A stretch of 64,000 nucleotides of DNA from Candidatus Scatosoma sp. (lineage in GTDB: Bacteria > Bacillota > Clostridia > Christensenellales > Borkfalkiaceae). This document shows, in pieces, positions 45,631 through 53,689 of this stretch; the first letter of the stretch is position 1, and every line of letters begins with the position of its first letter. Below the pieces are notes generated by a model. The model was not told the origin of the DNA. It searched no databases and worked only from the letters and a program-made list of their open reading frames with translations. The stretch is from positions 1,026 through 65,025 of the forward strand of contig JAZRQY010000012.1 of assembly GCA_045650185.1 (NCBI GenBank). Direction: 5' to 3'. A program made the position numbers and the translations under genes.

Positions 45631-46713
45631 ATGAAACGATTTAATCAAAAATTAAAAGCTTTTTTGATTTATCAATATTTAATGGAAAATACCGATGAAA
45701 ATCATTGTCTTTCCACAACGGATATTTTAGACTTTTTAGAGAATGACATGGGCATCAAAGCGGAGCGCCGCTCCCTTTATACTGATATTGATGAAATCAA
45801 TAAAACTCTTTATGCCCTGCGGAAAGATATTTCAATTGAAGAAGCTGAACTTGAAATTGAAGAAAAAGAAAATGACAAGTGGCAAACCATCGTTTATGAC
45901 GGGAGTAGAAAAGGCTATTATGTCCGCAAGCGCGATTATAAACTGAACGACGTCAACGCTATTGTGGAATGTATTTATGCGGCAAGATTCATTACGGAAG
46001 AAAAGGCGAAACAATACGTCGATATTATCACGCGCAACCTTGTCAGCATCCACCAAGCGGATGAAATTCAGCACGAAGCTCTGCTTTTGGATAGAGGGAA
46101 AGCCATCAATCCGCATGTGTTTGAAAACGTTCAAAAGATATACAAGGCGATGCGCGTAAAAGCAGGGAAAGAAAAACATGTTCCTGAAAAGATTTCTTTT
46201 AAATACGTAGCCGCCGCACCCAAGGGTAAAACAACAGAAATGCGCAAAGGCGAAAGATATGTTGTAAGTCCCTTTAAATTGATAATCAATGACGGCAATT
46301 ATTATTTGCTTGCTTTTGATGAAAAGAAAGCCGCCGCACGCACTTTCCGCGTAGACAGAATGAAAGAAATTAAGCCTTTAGGAATTCCAAGGGAACGCAT
46401 GGATGAACTGTTTTCTGTTGACAAAACCGCCTATATTAAACAACATTTTGGTATGTATAGCGGCAAGGTAGAACGCGTTACCCTTAGATTTATCAATAAG
46501 CTGTTGGATACAGTATATGATAAATTCGGTAGGGATAATCTTTACTATACCCAAGTGGATGATAGGCATTTTACCATTCAAGTAGAAGTCGCTGTTACCG
46601 ACCAATTTTTCGGTTGGTTGTGTAGCTTGGGTCGTACGGTAAAAGTTATGTCGCCGCCGCACGTTCAGGAAAAATACAAAGAACATTTGGAAAAAATTAA
46701 AAATATGTATTAA
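45631..46713 (+). CDS. HTH + WYL-domain transcriptional regulator (BrxR/CapW-like architecture)
   Basis: Start at MKRFNQK. N-terminal wHTH (LSTTDILDFLENDMGIKAERRSLYTDI). WYL core (VVSPFKLIINDGNYYLLAFDEKKAAARTFRVDRM). Confidence 0.8.
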   Translation: MKRFNQKLKAFLIYQYLMENTDENHCLSTTDILDFLENDMGIKAERRSLYTDIDEINKTLYALRKDISIEEAELEIEEKENDKWQTIVYDGSRKGYYVRKRDYKLNDVNAIVECIYAARFITEEKAKQYVDIITRNLVSIHQADEIQHEALLLDRGKAINPHVFENVQKIYKAMRVKAGKEKHVPEKISFKYVAAAPKGKTTEMRKGERYVVSPFKLIINDGNYYLLAFDEKKAAARTFRVDRMKEIKPLGIPRERMDELFSVDKTAYIKQHFGMYSGKVERVTLRFINKLLDTVYDKFGRDNLYYTQVDDRHFTIQVEVAVTDQFFGWLCSLGRTVKVMSPPHVQEKYKEHLEKIKNMY

Positions 46714-46785
46714 ATTTATTGCTTTTATTAAGAATATTTTTCGTGTAATGTGAATATACTATAAGTAAAATTATTTAAGCGTAAC

Positions 46786-46971
46786 ATGAAAATGAAGATC
46801 GAACATAAAGTAAAAATGCAAATATATACATTAAAAAAGTTGAACGATATTGATTTGGGTGATTTGAATTTAGTTCGACGAATAGCCCTTAAATTAAAAA
46901 TGTATGAATTAATTGCTTTTATTAATCAAAATTGGCAAGAGTATCTTGATTTTATACAAACAATAAAATAA
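46786..46971 (+). CDS. small hypothetical protein (61 aa)
   Basis: ORF ending immediately before a strong bidirectional terminator. No family recognised, and it may not be expressed. Confidence 0.3.
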   Translation: MKMKIEHKVKMQIYTLKKLNDIDLGDLNLVRRIALKLKMYELIAFINQNWQEYLDFIQTIK

Positions 46972-46998
46972 AGCCTTTGGTTTTTCCAAAGGCTTTTT
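46970..46998. terminator. bidirectional intrinsic terminator between convergent island genes
   Basis: aaagcctttgg-ttttt-ccaaaggcttttt. Confidence 0.8.
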
Positions 46999-47002
46999 GT
47001 TT

Positions 47003-49030
47003 TTAGAACTTAGAGCTATTTAACATTGATACTCGATCTATGCCAAATACTTTTTTATAATCTGCAACGCGTTCATTAATTAATTCTTGGATATTAGTAA
47101 TATCTGAATATTTGGTCGCATCATCAGGATTAATTCCTGTAACTCGTAATACTTCGCTAAATAACCATGTATAAGGTCTAAGTTCTTCTAACGATTTATC
47201 ACTTTTTGCAATATTTTCAAGCTTGGGCAAGAGAGCTTTATTTCCAAGGCTTTCCATTAATTTTTCATCTATTGTTGTTACATTGTTGAATTGAGCTTGG
47301 GCATAAATATGATCAATTTCATATACCGCACTTGCCCCCTCGCCATCAAAAGAAGGTCTCATTTTCTTTAAACAATAATAGTGATAAATAATGCCTTTAT
47401 CAACATTAGAGTTAGAGCCACTTGCAAATGCATCAATAACTTTTTCCCATTCCTCAAAAGAGACAGCAACAAAGCGATCGCTAATATTTTGAAGATCTCT
47501 AGCCAATCTTGAATCAGCGGAGCCCGCCCAAAGACGACTACTATATTCATACAATAAACGATCGCATAGAATTACCGCATTTTTTTGGTATTCGCGCAAT
47601 TTTACTTGGTTGTTTTTGGTCGGTTTACCTAATTCGACCCAATTTTTATAAATTAAAGCAGAGAACTCAAGCGCAACCGAATTACCCATTAAGGACATGA
47701 TCGATTGCTTCCAAGACATTAAGAATTTAAAGTATTCACAATCATACAATAAATCCATTGCTATATTAAACTCACGGATAAATGCCTCTACATCTTTATT
47801 CCAATCCAATCTTGCTTTTCGTTCATTTTCCAAATCTTTTACAGAGTTACTACTAATACCGCCTATATAGATTGCGCTAAGCAATTTAAATCCAAGTGTT
47901 AACTTACGCGTAAATAAAGCCTGCGTTGTATTTTTGTCTGTTAAGTCGATTTTGGTAAATACCAAATTAGCTTTATCAATTCTAGAAAGTAGCGTAGCGC
48001 AAACGTCCCAACGTACTACATTGTTTGGAACATTAATTCCAAGGAAGTTATATAATTCTTGGGCTGATGCGCGGATTTCGTCGCTAGGATTGGATATTTC
48101 CATATTCCAAAAAGGTCTAGCAGATAATAATTCCTCCGCTGTTAAAGGTGCGCCGCCGCCATTAACAAGAGAGAAAATATTTTGTGCATCTAAAGGGGAT
48201 GCATCTATTAATCGAATTAATCCAATTCGAGCGTTTATAATAATCTCATCTGTCTTCCGAATAGTATTAAAACACTTCTCAAAATAAGCCCAATGGTCAG
48301 TAATAAAATTATCTAGTTTTTTAATATTTCTATCATCTAATCTATAACGCTTAATTAGATAATTGGTAAAATCTGCTTTTTCTGTTTCCTCTTCATCAAT
48401 TCTACTTTTAATAAATTTTTTCAGCTTTATGGGATCAATGATATATTCCCCATTAGAATATACAGAATATTCCAATTCTGCAATATCAATGATTTTGGAA
48501 AATTTAAACATGCCCTCAAAACGATTAGACCCACCGTATTTTGAATGAACTAAAAGAATTAAATCCAATAAAGCATGCATATTTTCGCTTTGAGTTTCTG
48601 CATCAAAAGTTCTACCTTCACAAACCTCATCGCTATTTTCTATAAGTGCATCTATGTCCGCAGCATCTTCCGTGGATTTATTAAACTCAGATTGTAAATA
48701 TTCGCTAATTTTTTCGGAAAAACGATCTCGAACTTCATCTTCAGGCATATTGGTTTTTATACCAATAAATCGTTGTGCCCATCTATAAACTTCGACAGGA
48801 TTTTGATACATGGTAATGAGCGCATTACGTCTTTGACGTCCGTCTAATAAGAATTTTTTCGTTCCTGTTTCATTAACAATTACAACCCCGATAGGGTATC
48901 CTTTAAAAACACTGATCGATAATTTAAAGTTGTCGATATCCTTCCATGTTGCTTTTCGTTGAAAACGAGGTAAATCAATTTTATTGTTTAAAAAATAACT
49001 TGTTGTATTTTCAGATATACCGAATGCCAT
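47003..49030 (-). CDS. DUF262 + DUF1524 protein (GmrSD / SspE / BrxU-like NTPase-nuclease)
   Basis: N-terminal DUF262 motifs LPRFQRKATW and LLDGRQRRNAL. C-terminal His-Me/HNH-like DUF1524 (YEIDHIYAQ...LGNKALLPKLENIAKSDKS). AGGAGG RBS 13 nt after the upstream stop. Confidence 0.85.
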   Translation of the reverse strand: MAFGISENTTSYFLNNKIDLPRFQRKATWKDIDNFKLSISVFKGYPIGVVIVNETGTKKFLLDGRQRRNALITMYQNPVEVYRWAQRFIGIKTNMPEDEVRDRFSEKISEYLQSEFNKSTEDAADIDALIENSDEVCEGRTFDAETQSENMHALLDLILLVHSKYGGSNRFEGMFKFSKIIDIAELEYSVYSNGEYIIDPIKLKKFIKSRIDEEETEKADFTNYLIKRYRLDDRNIKKLDNFITDHWAYFEKCFNTIRKTDEIIINARIGLIRLIDASPLDAQNIFSLVNGGGAPLTAEELLSARPFWNMEISNPSDEIRASAQELYNFLGINVPNNVVRWDVCATLLSRIDKANLVFTKIDLTDKNTTQALFTRKLTLGFKLLSAIYIGGISSNSVKDLENERKARLDWNKDVEAFIREFNIAMDLLYDCEYFKFLMSWKQSIMSLMGNSVALEFSALIYKNWVELGKPTKNNQVKLREYQKNAVILCDRLLYEYSSRLWAGSADSRLARDLQNISDRFVAVSFEEWEKVIDAFASGSNSNVDKGIIYHYYCLKKMRPSFDGEGASAVYEIDHIYAQAQFNNVTTIDEKLMESLGNKALLPKLENIAKSDKSLEELRPYTWLFSEVLRVTGINPDDATKYSDITNIQELINERVADYKKVFGIDRVSMLNSSKF

Positions 49031-49043
49031 AACTTCCTCCTAA

Positions 49044-49733
49044 TTAATAAATTATATTATTGAAAATATTGGTAAAATCGTATTCTTTGGAACTTTTTAA
49101 GACATTTAAAACTTGTTTTATATTCGTTCTACGCCTTATATAAGTAGTTCTCGAAAGATCATATAAATAAGACTCTAGCTCAAAAGTGCCGTTTGATGAT
49201 TTTAAAATAACTTGTCTTATTAATTTATTTCTAATGATTAGACGATGCAATAATTGCTCTTTTCGCTCTTTTTCATATTCTTGAAATACGTATCCTATTG
49301 CGGATAAATAATACATTTTTTCATGTTTAAATGTTAATCCTAAGAGCATTGCGGTTTTTAAATGATTTTCCCCATATTTGGTCAAAGCACCATCTTTTCG
49401 CTGAATATCATCATCTAATAACATGCGCCCCATATCTATAAAATTAGTTCCTAAAGGATTCCTATTATAAAGTTTAGAGCAAACTCTTGTTGTTGCATCT
49501 ACGAAGTCGCTGAATTGAAATGTATCAGCCGCCGCAATTGCTTCACGAGGTATATTATTAAAAATATAATCTAGAAAATTAATGAGGGGAATATTTATAA
49601 TAACATCTAAATAATTTTTTAATTCTTGTTTATGGATAATAAACTGATTATCTAAAACAAACTGATTAAAGCATCGATCAATATCGAAAGAAAAGAATGT
49701 TTTCAAAAGATTCTTTTGCTCATCATTCATCAT
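49044..49733 (-). CDS. unknown 229-aa protein, middle gene of the radical-SAM/DUF262 operon
   Basis: Its start ATGATG overlaps the stop of the radical SAM gene (ATGATGAATGA). No motif recognised. Confidence 0.65.
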   Translation of the reverse strand: MMNDEQKNLLKTFFSFDIDRCFNQFVLDNQFIIHKQELKNYLDVIINIPLINFLDYIFNNIPREAIAAADTFQFSDFVDATTRVCSKLYNRNPLGTNFIDMGRMLLDDDIQRKDGALTKYGENHLKTAMLLGLTFKHEKMYYLSAIGYVFQEYEKERKEQLLHRLIIRNKLIRQVILKSSNGTFELESYLYDLSRTTYIRRRTNIKQVLNVLKSSKEYDFTNIFNNIIY

Positions 49734-50889
49734 CTTGCGCCTCCGTTAATGTAAAACTTTCATATCTTAAATCGAAATATTGTTTTGCGATGTCGGGATT
49801 TTCTTTTTCAAAATCCATCATTGCACGCATTGTTGAACAATATCCATCGGATTTGTGAAGCTCTTGATTCGCATTACAAAATTGCCTGAAACTCATTTTT
49901 TTAAAAATACTAGGTTGGTTCCCCCAACGCGCCAATGCAACATAGAGACTACGATATTTTGACTCTTTCCAAGGGGAGTAGCTTTTATCTTGATAGCGCA
50001 TTATATAGGGAAGGCATTTGTAACGCATTAGTAAAGCGAGTCGTTTGAATGCATTTTCTATATCCTTCGCATCTGTACTTTCAAATCCTACTAGAACATA
50101 AAATTTAACACTTGTAGAATTTGTATATTTGCGAATGATTTTCAACTTTTTGTGGATTAAATCATAGTCGGAAATATTATCAAAAGCAAAAGTATAATCG
50201 CCGTCATAACGAACATTAAATAAAATTTTAGCTCTTTCTTCCGTTATTAAACGCTCATCTAAGCCTTGCTTAAATTTAAATGGTTTTTTTGTTGAAATTA
50301 AAGTATTTAATGCCTCTTGCCAATGAGGGCACCCCAAAAAATTGTCATCAAGCAAGCAAATTTTTTTGCGTGTTGGATCATAAAATTCTTCTAGCGGACT
50401 ATGAAGAAATACTCGATCATATTTTTGATTTACGCAAAATTTGCACTTCCTAAAACATCCGCGAGTGATAAAACCTATACTATAATCTGTATATTCCTTA
50501 AATTGTACTCTAAAAGATTTTTCTTTAAATTTAGTACCCTGTATAGCTTTTGCTTTAGCTACTTCATTTTCGATCCATTCATCATATAAGTGATAATCGG
50601 GCATGTGATGCTCAATTTCGTCGGGAAGATTAGGAGCTTGATCAAAATAAAATCCTGTCCCGCCCATGTGTATCTTTTCAGAAGCTTGTACCCATGCTGG
50701 GATGGGCGTGTCGGTAAAGACTTTTGAAATATATACCTCATCATAAGAATGAATATCGTCATAGGAAAGCAATAAATGGACATCTGCGCCTTGTTCTTTC
50801 CAATAGCCTGATATTTTTTCGCAAGCTAAATTAGGGAATCGATGTTTTTGACGTCCTAAAAGATCTGCATCAATTATACCAATTTTCAT
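49723..50889 (-). CDS. radical SAM enzyme with N-terminal Rossmann/B12-binding-like domain
   Basis: Start at MKIGIIDADLL (Met17 of the track ORF), after AAAGGTG. GFITRGCFRKCKFCVNQ is a CX3CX2C motif. 388 aa, with no SPASM-type C-terminal Cys cluster. Confidence 0.8.
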   Translation of the reverse strand: MKIGIIDADLLGRQKHRFPNLACEKISGYWKEQGADVHLLLSYDDIHSYDEVYISKVFTDTPIPAWVQASEKIHMGGTGFYFDQAPNLPDEIEHHMPDYHLYDEWIENEVAKAKAIQGTKFKEKSFRVQFKEYTDYSIGFITRGCFRKCKFCVNQKYDRVFLHSPLEEFYDPTRKKICLLDDNFLGCPHWQEALNTLISTKKPFKFKQGLDERLITEERAKILFNVRYDGDYTFAFDNISDYDLIHKKLKIIRKYTNSTSVKFYVLVGFESTDAKDIENAFKRLALLMRYKCLPYIMRYQDKSYSPWKESKYRSLYVALARWGNQPSIFKKMSFRQFCNANQELHKSDGYCSTMRAMMDFEKENPDIAKQYFDLRYESFTLTEAQDDE

Positions 50890-50919
50890 AATAGCACCTT
50901 TAAGGAAATATGTATGGAC

Positions 50920-50948
50920 ATTATACATTAATTTCATGCATTCGTCAA
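50920..50948 (-). promoter_or_regulatory. sigma-70-type promoter of the radical-SAM operon
   Basis: Minus strand reads TTGACG, 17 nt, TATAAT, in the 74-bp gap between the Fic stop and the radical SAM start. Confidence 0.65.
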
Positions 50949-50963
50949 TACATTATCCATTTT

Positions 50964-51851
50964 TTAATTCAACACTTTCAAGTATTCATCTAATCTTGCG
51001 TTTAAGTATTCCGCAAAAAGTTTTGCCATTTGCGACAGGTCGCCGCGTACATGGTAGGCATCAAAAGCATCATAATAACGCATGCGGTCGGTAAATTTAA
51101 TATCAATAGGCGGATACCCTGCTTTCATCAATTCCATATTGACAAGCAATCTACCTGTGCGCCCATTGCCATCAATAAAGGGATGAATGCCTTCAAATTC
51201 AAGATGGAAGCGCGCCAATTTATCAACAATGTTTTCTTCGCTGTTTTTATTGAAATTTAATACAAGCTCCGTCATTTTCGGTTCGATAAGATAGGGTTGC
51301 GGCGGCGTATGCTGTGCGCCCATAATACGAACAGGTACGCGGCGGTAAATGCCTCTATCGTGGGGCTTATCCGCAAGCACAAGCGTATGGATTTGCTTTA
51401 TCACATATTCCGACAATTCAGCCTTTTCCTTTACCAAGTCGCAAATATACCAAAAGGCTTCTTTATGCCCGACAGCTTCCATGTGGTCTTTTAAGGGTTT
51501 TTTATCAATGGTAAGCCCACGCAAAACCATGTCCGTTTCTCTCAACGTCAGCGTGTTACCCTCAATCGCGTTGGAGTTATAGGTGTATTCAATCATGAAA
51601 TCTTCATACAAACGCTGAACTTCACCTTCCGTTAAAGGGCGGCGGCTATCAAGTTCTTTTTTCTTTTGGTCGATAAGCTCCAAAAGGCTTGCTTTGGTTT
51701 TAATTCTGCCGTCCGCAGGCTTTTCCGCGCCGTCAGGAATCACCCAAACTTTCCCATACTGAAAAACACCATCGATTTGACCGTTGGCGCAGAGAACACG
51801 AACACGTCTTTCAGAGATTCCCCAAAGTTTTGCCGCTTCTTTTACATTCAT
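50964..51851 (-). CDS. Fic-family protein (AMPylase-type) with N-terminal HTH
   Basis: Canonical Fic motif HPFIDGNGRTGR. N-terminal inhibitory-helix-like motif SNAIEGN. MerR/excisionase-like HTH (VKEAAKLWGISERRVRVLC). Confidence 0.88.
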   Translation of the reverse strand: MNVKEAAKLWGISERRVRVLCANGQIDGVFQYGKVWVIPDGAEKPADGRIKTKASLLELIDQKKKELDSRRPLTEGEVQRLYEDFMIEYTYNSNAIEGNTLTLRETDMVLRGLTIDKKPLKDHMEAVGHKEAFWYICDLVKEKAELSEYVIKQIHTLVLADKPHDRGIYRRVPVRIMGAQHTPPQPYLIEPKMTELVLNFNKNSEENIVDKLARFHLEFEGIHPFIDGNGRTGRLLVNMELMKAGYPPIDIKFTDRMRYYDAFDAYHVRGDLSQMAKLFAEYLNARLDEYLKVLN

Positions 51852-52165
51852 AAATGATACACTCCCAATTATGTATTATAGCTATTATATACCTTTTGCG
51901 GAATAATGTCAATATTTACGCGGAATATTTATTGCTTGTTTATAGATTTTTTATACTTTCTCTTAAAAAATTATATTTTTTAAAGTGTTTTTAACATGCC
52001 GCCGCCCCAATTTGCAAGTATTTTGCATTATAATTCCATCTTTTTTCAACATTTTTTCAACGAATTTCTTGCAAAAGTTGTTAATAGTTGTATTAAAGGA
52101 ATAAAAAGTTGATTAAAAGCTGTTAAATGACATAACTTTCAATCAACTTTTTTGTTGGCTTTTGC

Positions 52166-53335
52166 TTACCAATTAAAGGCGTTTGCGGTGGCTGTTCGCA
52201 TGTTTGCCATGTCCGATTTTACATAGAAGTTTAAAGTAGTCGAAGCATCCGCATGTCCTAAAATATCTTGTACACTTTTTATATCCGCGCCGCTTTGCAA
52301 GAGCAAGGAAGCGCAGGTATGCCGCAAGTCATGGGGCGACATATCAGGTAAACCTATCTTCTTCATAAACTTCTTCAAATGGTCGGTTGCAAAATCGGGG
52401 TGATGGGGGTCAAAAGGTGAAGTTTCCGAATGGAATACAAAGGCGGTCGCCGCCGCATTTTCTTGGCTTTTATACTCTTGCAACAACTTAATCATCCCAT
52501 CCGTCAAAGGAATTTCACGAATCCCTGCATCCGTTTTCGGTAAACCTATGACAATTCCGCTCATGGAAGTATAAGTTACACTTCGCTCTATGTGAATAGA
52601 TTTATTGATAAAATCCACGTCTTGCCATTGAAGCCCGAAGCATTCACCGCGGCGAATCCCTGTTGTCAAAAGTAAGTTATACATGGTTTTCAGCCACAGC
52701 GGAAGCTTTTGAATCTCTTGTATGAATATTTGCGTTTCCGCTTTAGAAAGAGCTTTTACCTTTTGCTTTGTGGTTTTAGGCGTTTCCACTTTTGCAAGGG
52801 GATTTTTCTCTATGTAATCAAGCTTCAACGCATACCCGAAAATCAAACTCAAAGTGCCGTAGTGGTGGCGAATGGTTTTCGGGGCAAGCGGTGTGTTATA
52901 TCTTGTCCGATAAGTATTTTTCAGATAGGCAAGGTAGCGTTCAATATGCTTATCCGTAATATCCTTTAATTTCTGCCCTTCAAAGTAGGGAAGAATGATT
53001 TTCAGCATGCAAGAGTGAAATGTAATTGTCGTTGCTCGAACTTCTTTTGGATTGATTTTCTCAGGAAACCAAACCTTTTGAACAAAGTCATTAAACAAAA
53101 TTTCATTCGGTTTAAAAGCTTTTCTTTCTTCTTCGTACCTTGCGGCGGCTTCGTATTCAAAAAGGATTGCTTCCTTTTCTGCAAGTGCAAGAAGCTTCTT
53201 TTCCGTCATATCCTTTTCAGGAATCCAATTCTTACAACGGAAGATTTGCTTGCCGTGTTCATCTCTGCCAAGGTATGCTTTCAGCTTGACAGAAATAATT
53301 TTGCCGTCTTTTTTGTTGGGGTAAATAGTTGCCAT
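52166..53335 (-). CDS. int: tyrosine-type site-specific integrase
   Basis: 389 aa with the catalytic pattern TGIRRGE ... HDLRHT ... LGHAD ... NFYV. Adjacent to the tRNA att site. Confidence 0.92.
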   Translation of the reverse strand: MATIYPNKKDGKIISVKLKAYLGRDEHGKQIFRCKNWIPEKDMTEKKLLALAEKEAILFEYEAAARYEEERKAFKPNEILFNDFVQKVWFPEKINPKEVRATTITFHSCMLKIILPYFEGQKLKDITDKHIERYLAYLKNTYRTRYNTPLAPKTIRHHYGTLSLIFGYALKLDYIEKNPLAKVETPKTTKQKVKALSKAETQIFIQEIQKLPLWLKTMYNLLLTTGIRRGECFGLQWQDVDFINKSIHIERSVTYTSMSGIVIGLPKTDAGIREIPLTDGMIKLLQEYKSQENAAATAFVFHSETSPFDPHHPDFATDHLKKFMKKIGLPDMSPHDLRHTCASLLLQSGADIKSVQDILGHADASTTLNFYVKSDMANMRTATANAFNW

Positions 53336-53378
53336 GTTTTTCCTTCCTTTGCGGAAGATGTTAAAAGCTCTTTTTTTG

Positions 53379-53398
53379 TTGACCTAAGTGTTGACCTA
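53379..53398 (+). promoter_or_regulatory. two direct TTGACCTA repeats (putative integrase arm-type sites, int-proximal end)
   Basis: TTGACCTA at 53379 and 53391, between the int start and the tRNA. Same motif and orientation as at 43166-43194. Confidence 0.55.
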
Positions 53399-53467
53399 AT
53401 TGCAAAAAAGATGCAAAAAGATAAAACAAAAAAGCTCTGAAACCCTTTAGTTTCAAAGCCTTTTCCG

Positions 53468-53544
53468 TGGTTGAGGCGACGGGACTTGAACCCACGACCT
53501 TTTGGTCCCTAACCAAACGCGCTACCAAGCTGCGCTACGCCTCA
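53468..53544 (-). tRNA. tRNA with Pro-like body; anticodon loop reads UUAGGGA (apparent anticodon AGG)
   Basis: Minus strand: TGAGGCG-TA-GCGC-AGCTTGGTA-GCGC-G-TTTGG-TTAGGGA-CCAAA-AGGTC-GTGGG-TTCAAGT-CCCGT-CGCCTCA-A-CCA. The cloverleaf was folded by hand and CCA is encoded. Confidence 0.8.
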
Positions 53545-53689
53545 ATATTGCTTGCCGTAAGGAAGCTACTCGCCCTCAACGACATAAGCAATTATACCCA
53601 ATCCCTTTCCTTTAGTCAAGCATTTTTGCTTGCCTTTTTCAAATTCTTTCAAAAAATTTTCTGCTGACATTATAGGCTCTGCTTACGCG

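Larger units (their letters stand above)
43024..53512 (-). mobile_element. ~10.4-kb integrative genomic island in a tRNA gene (integrase, replication-like module, WYL regulator, defence-type cargo)
   Basis: Perfect 45-bp direct repeats at both ends. A tyrosine integrase lies next to the intact tRNA. TTGACCTA repeats sit inside both ends. The content is strongly AT-rich relative to the flanks. Confidence 0.85.
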
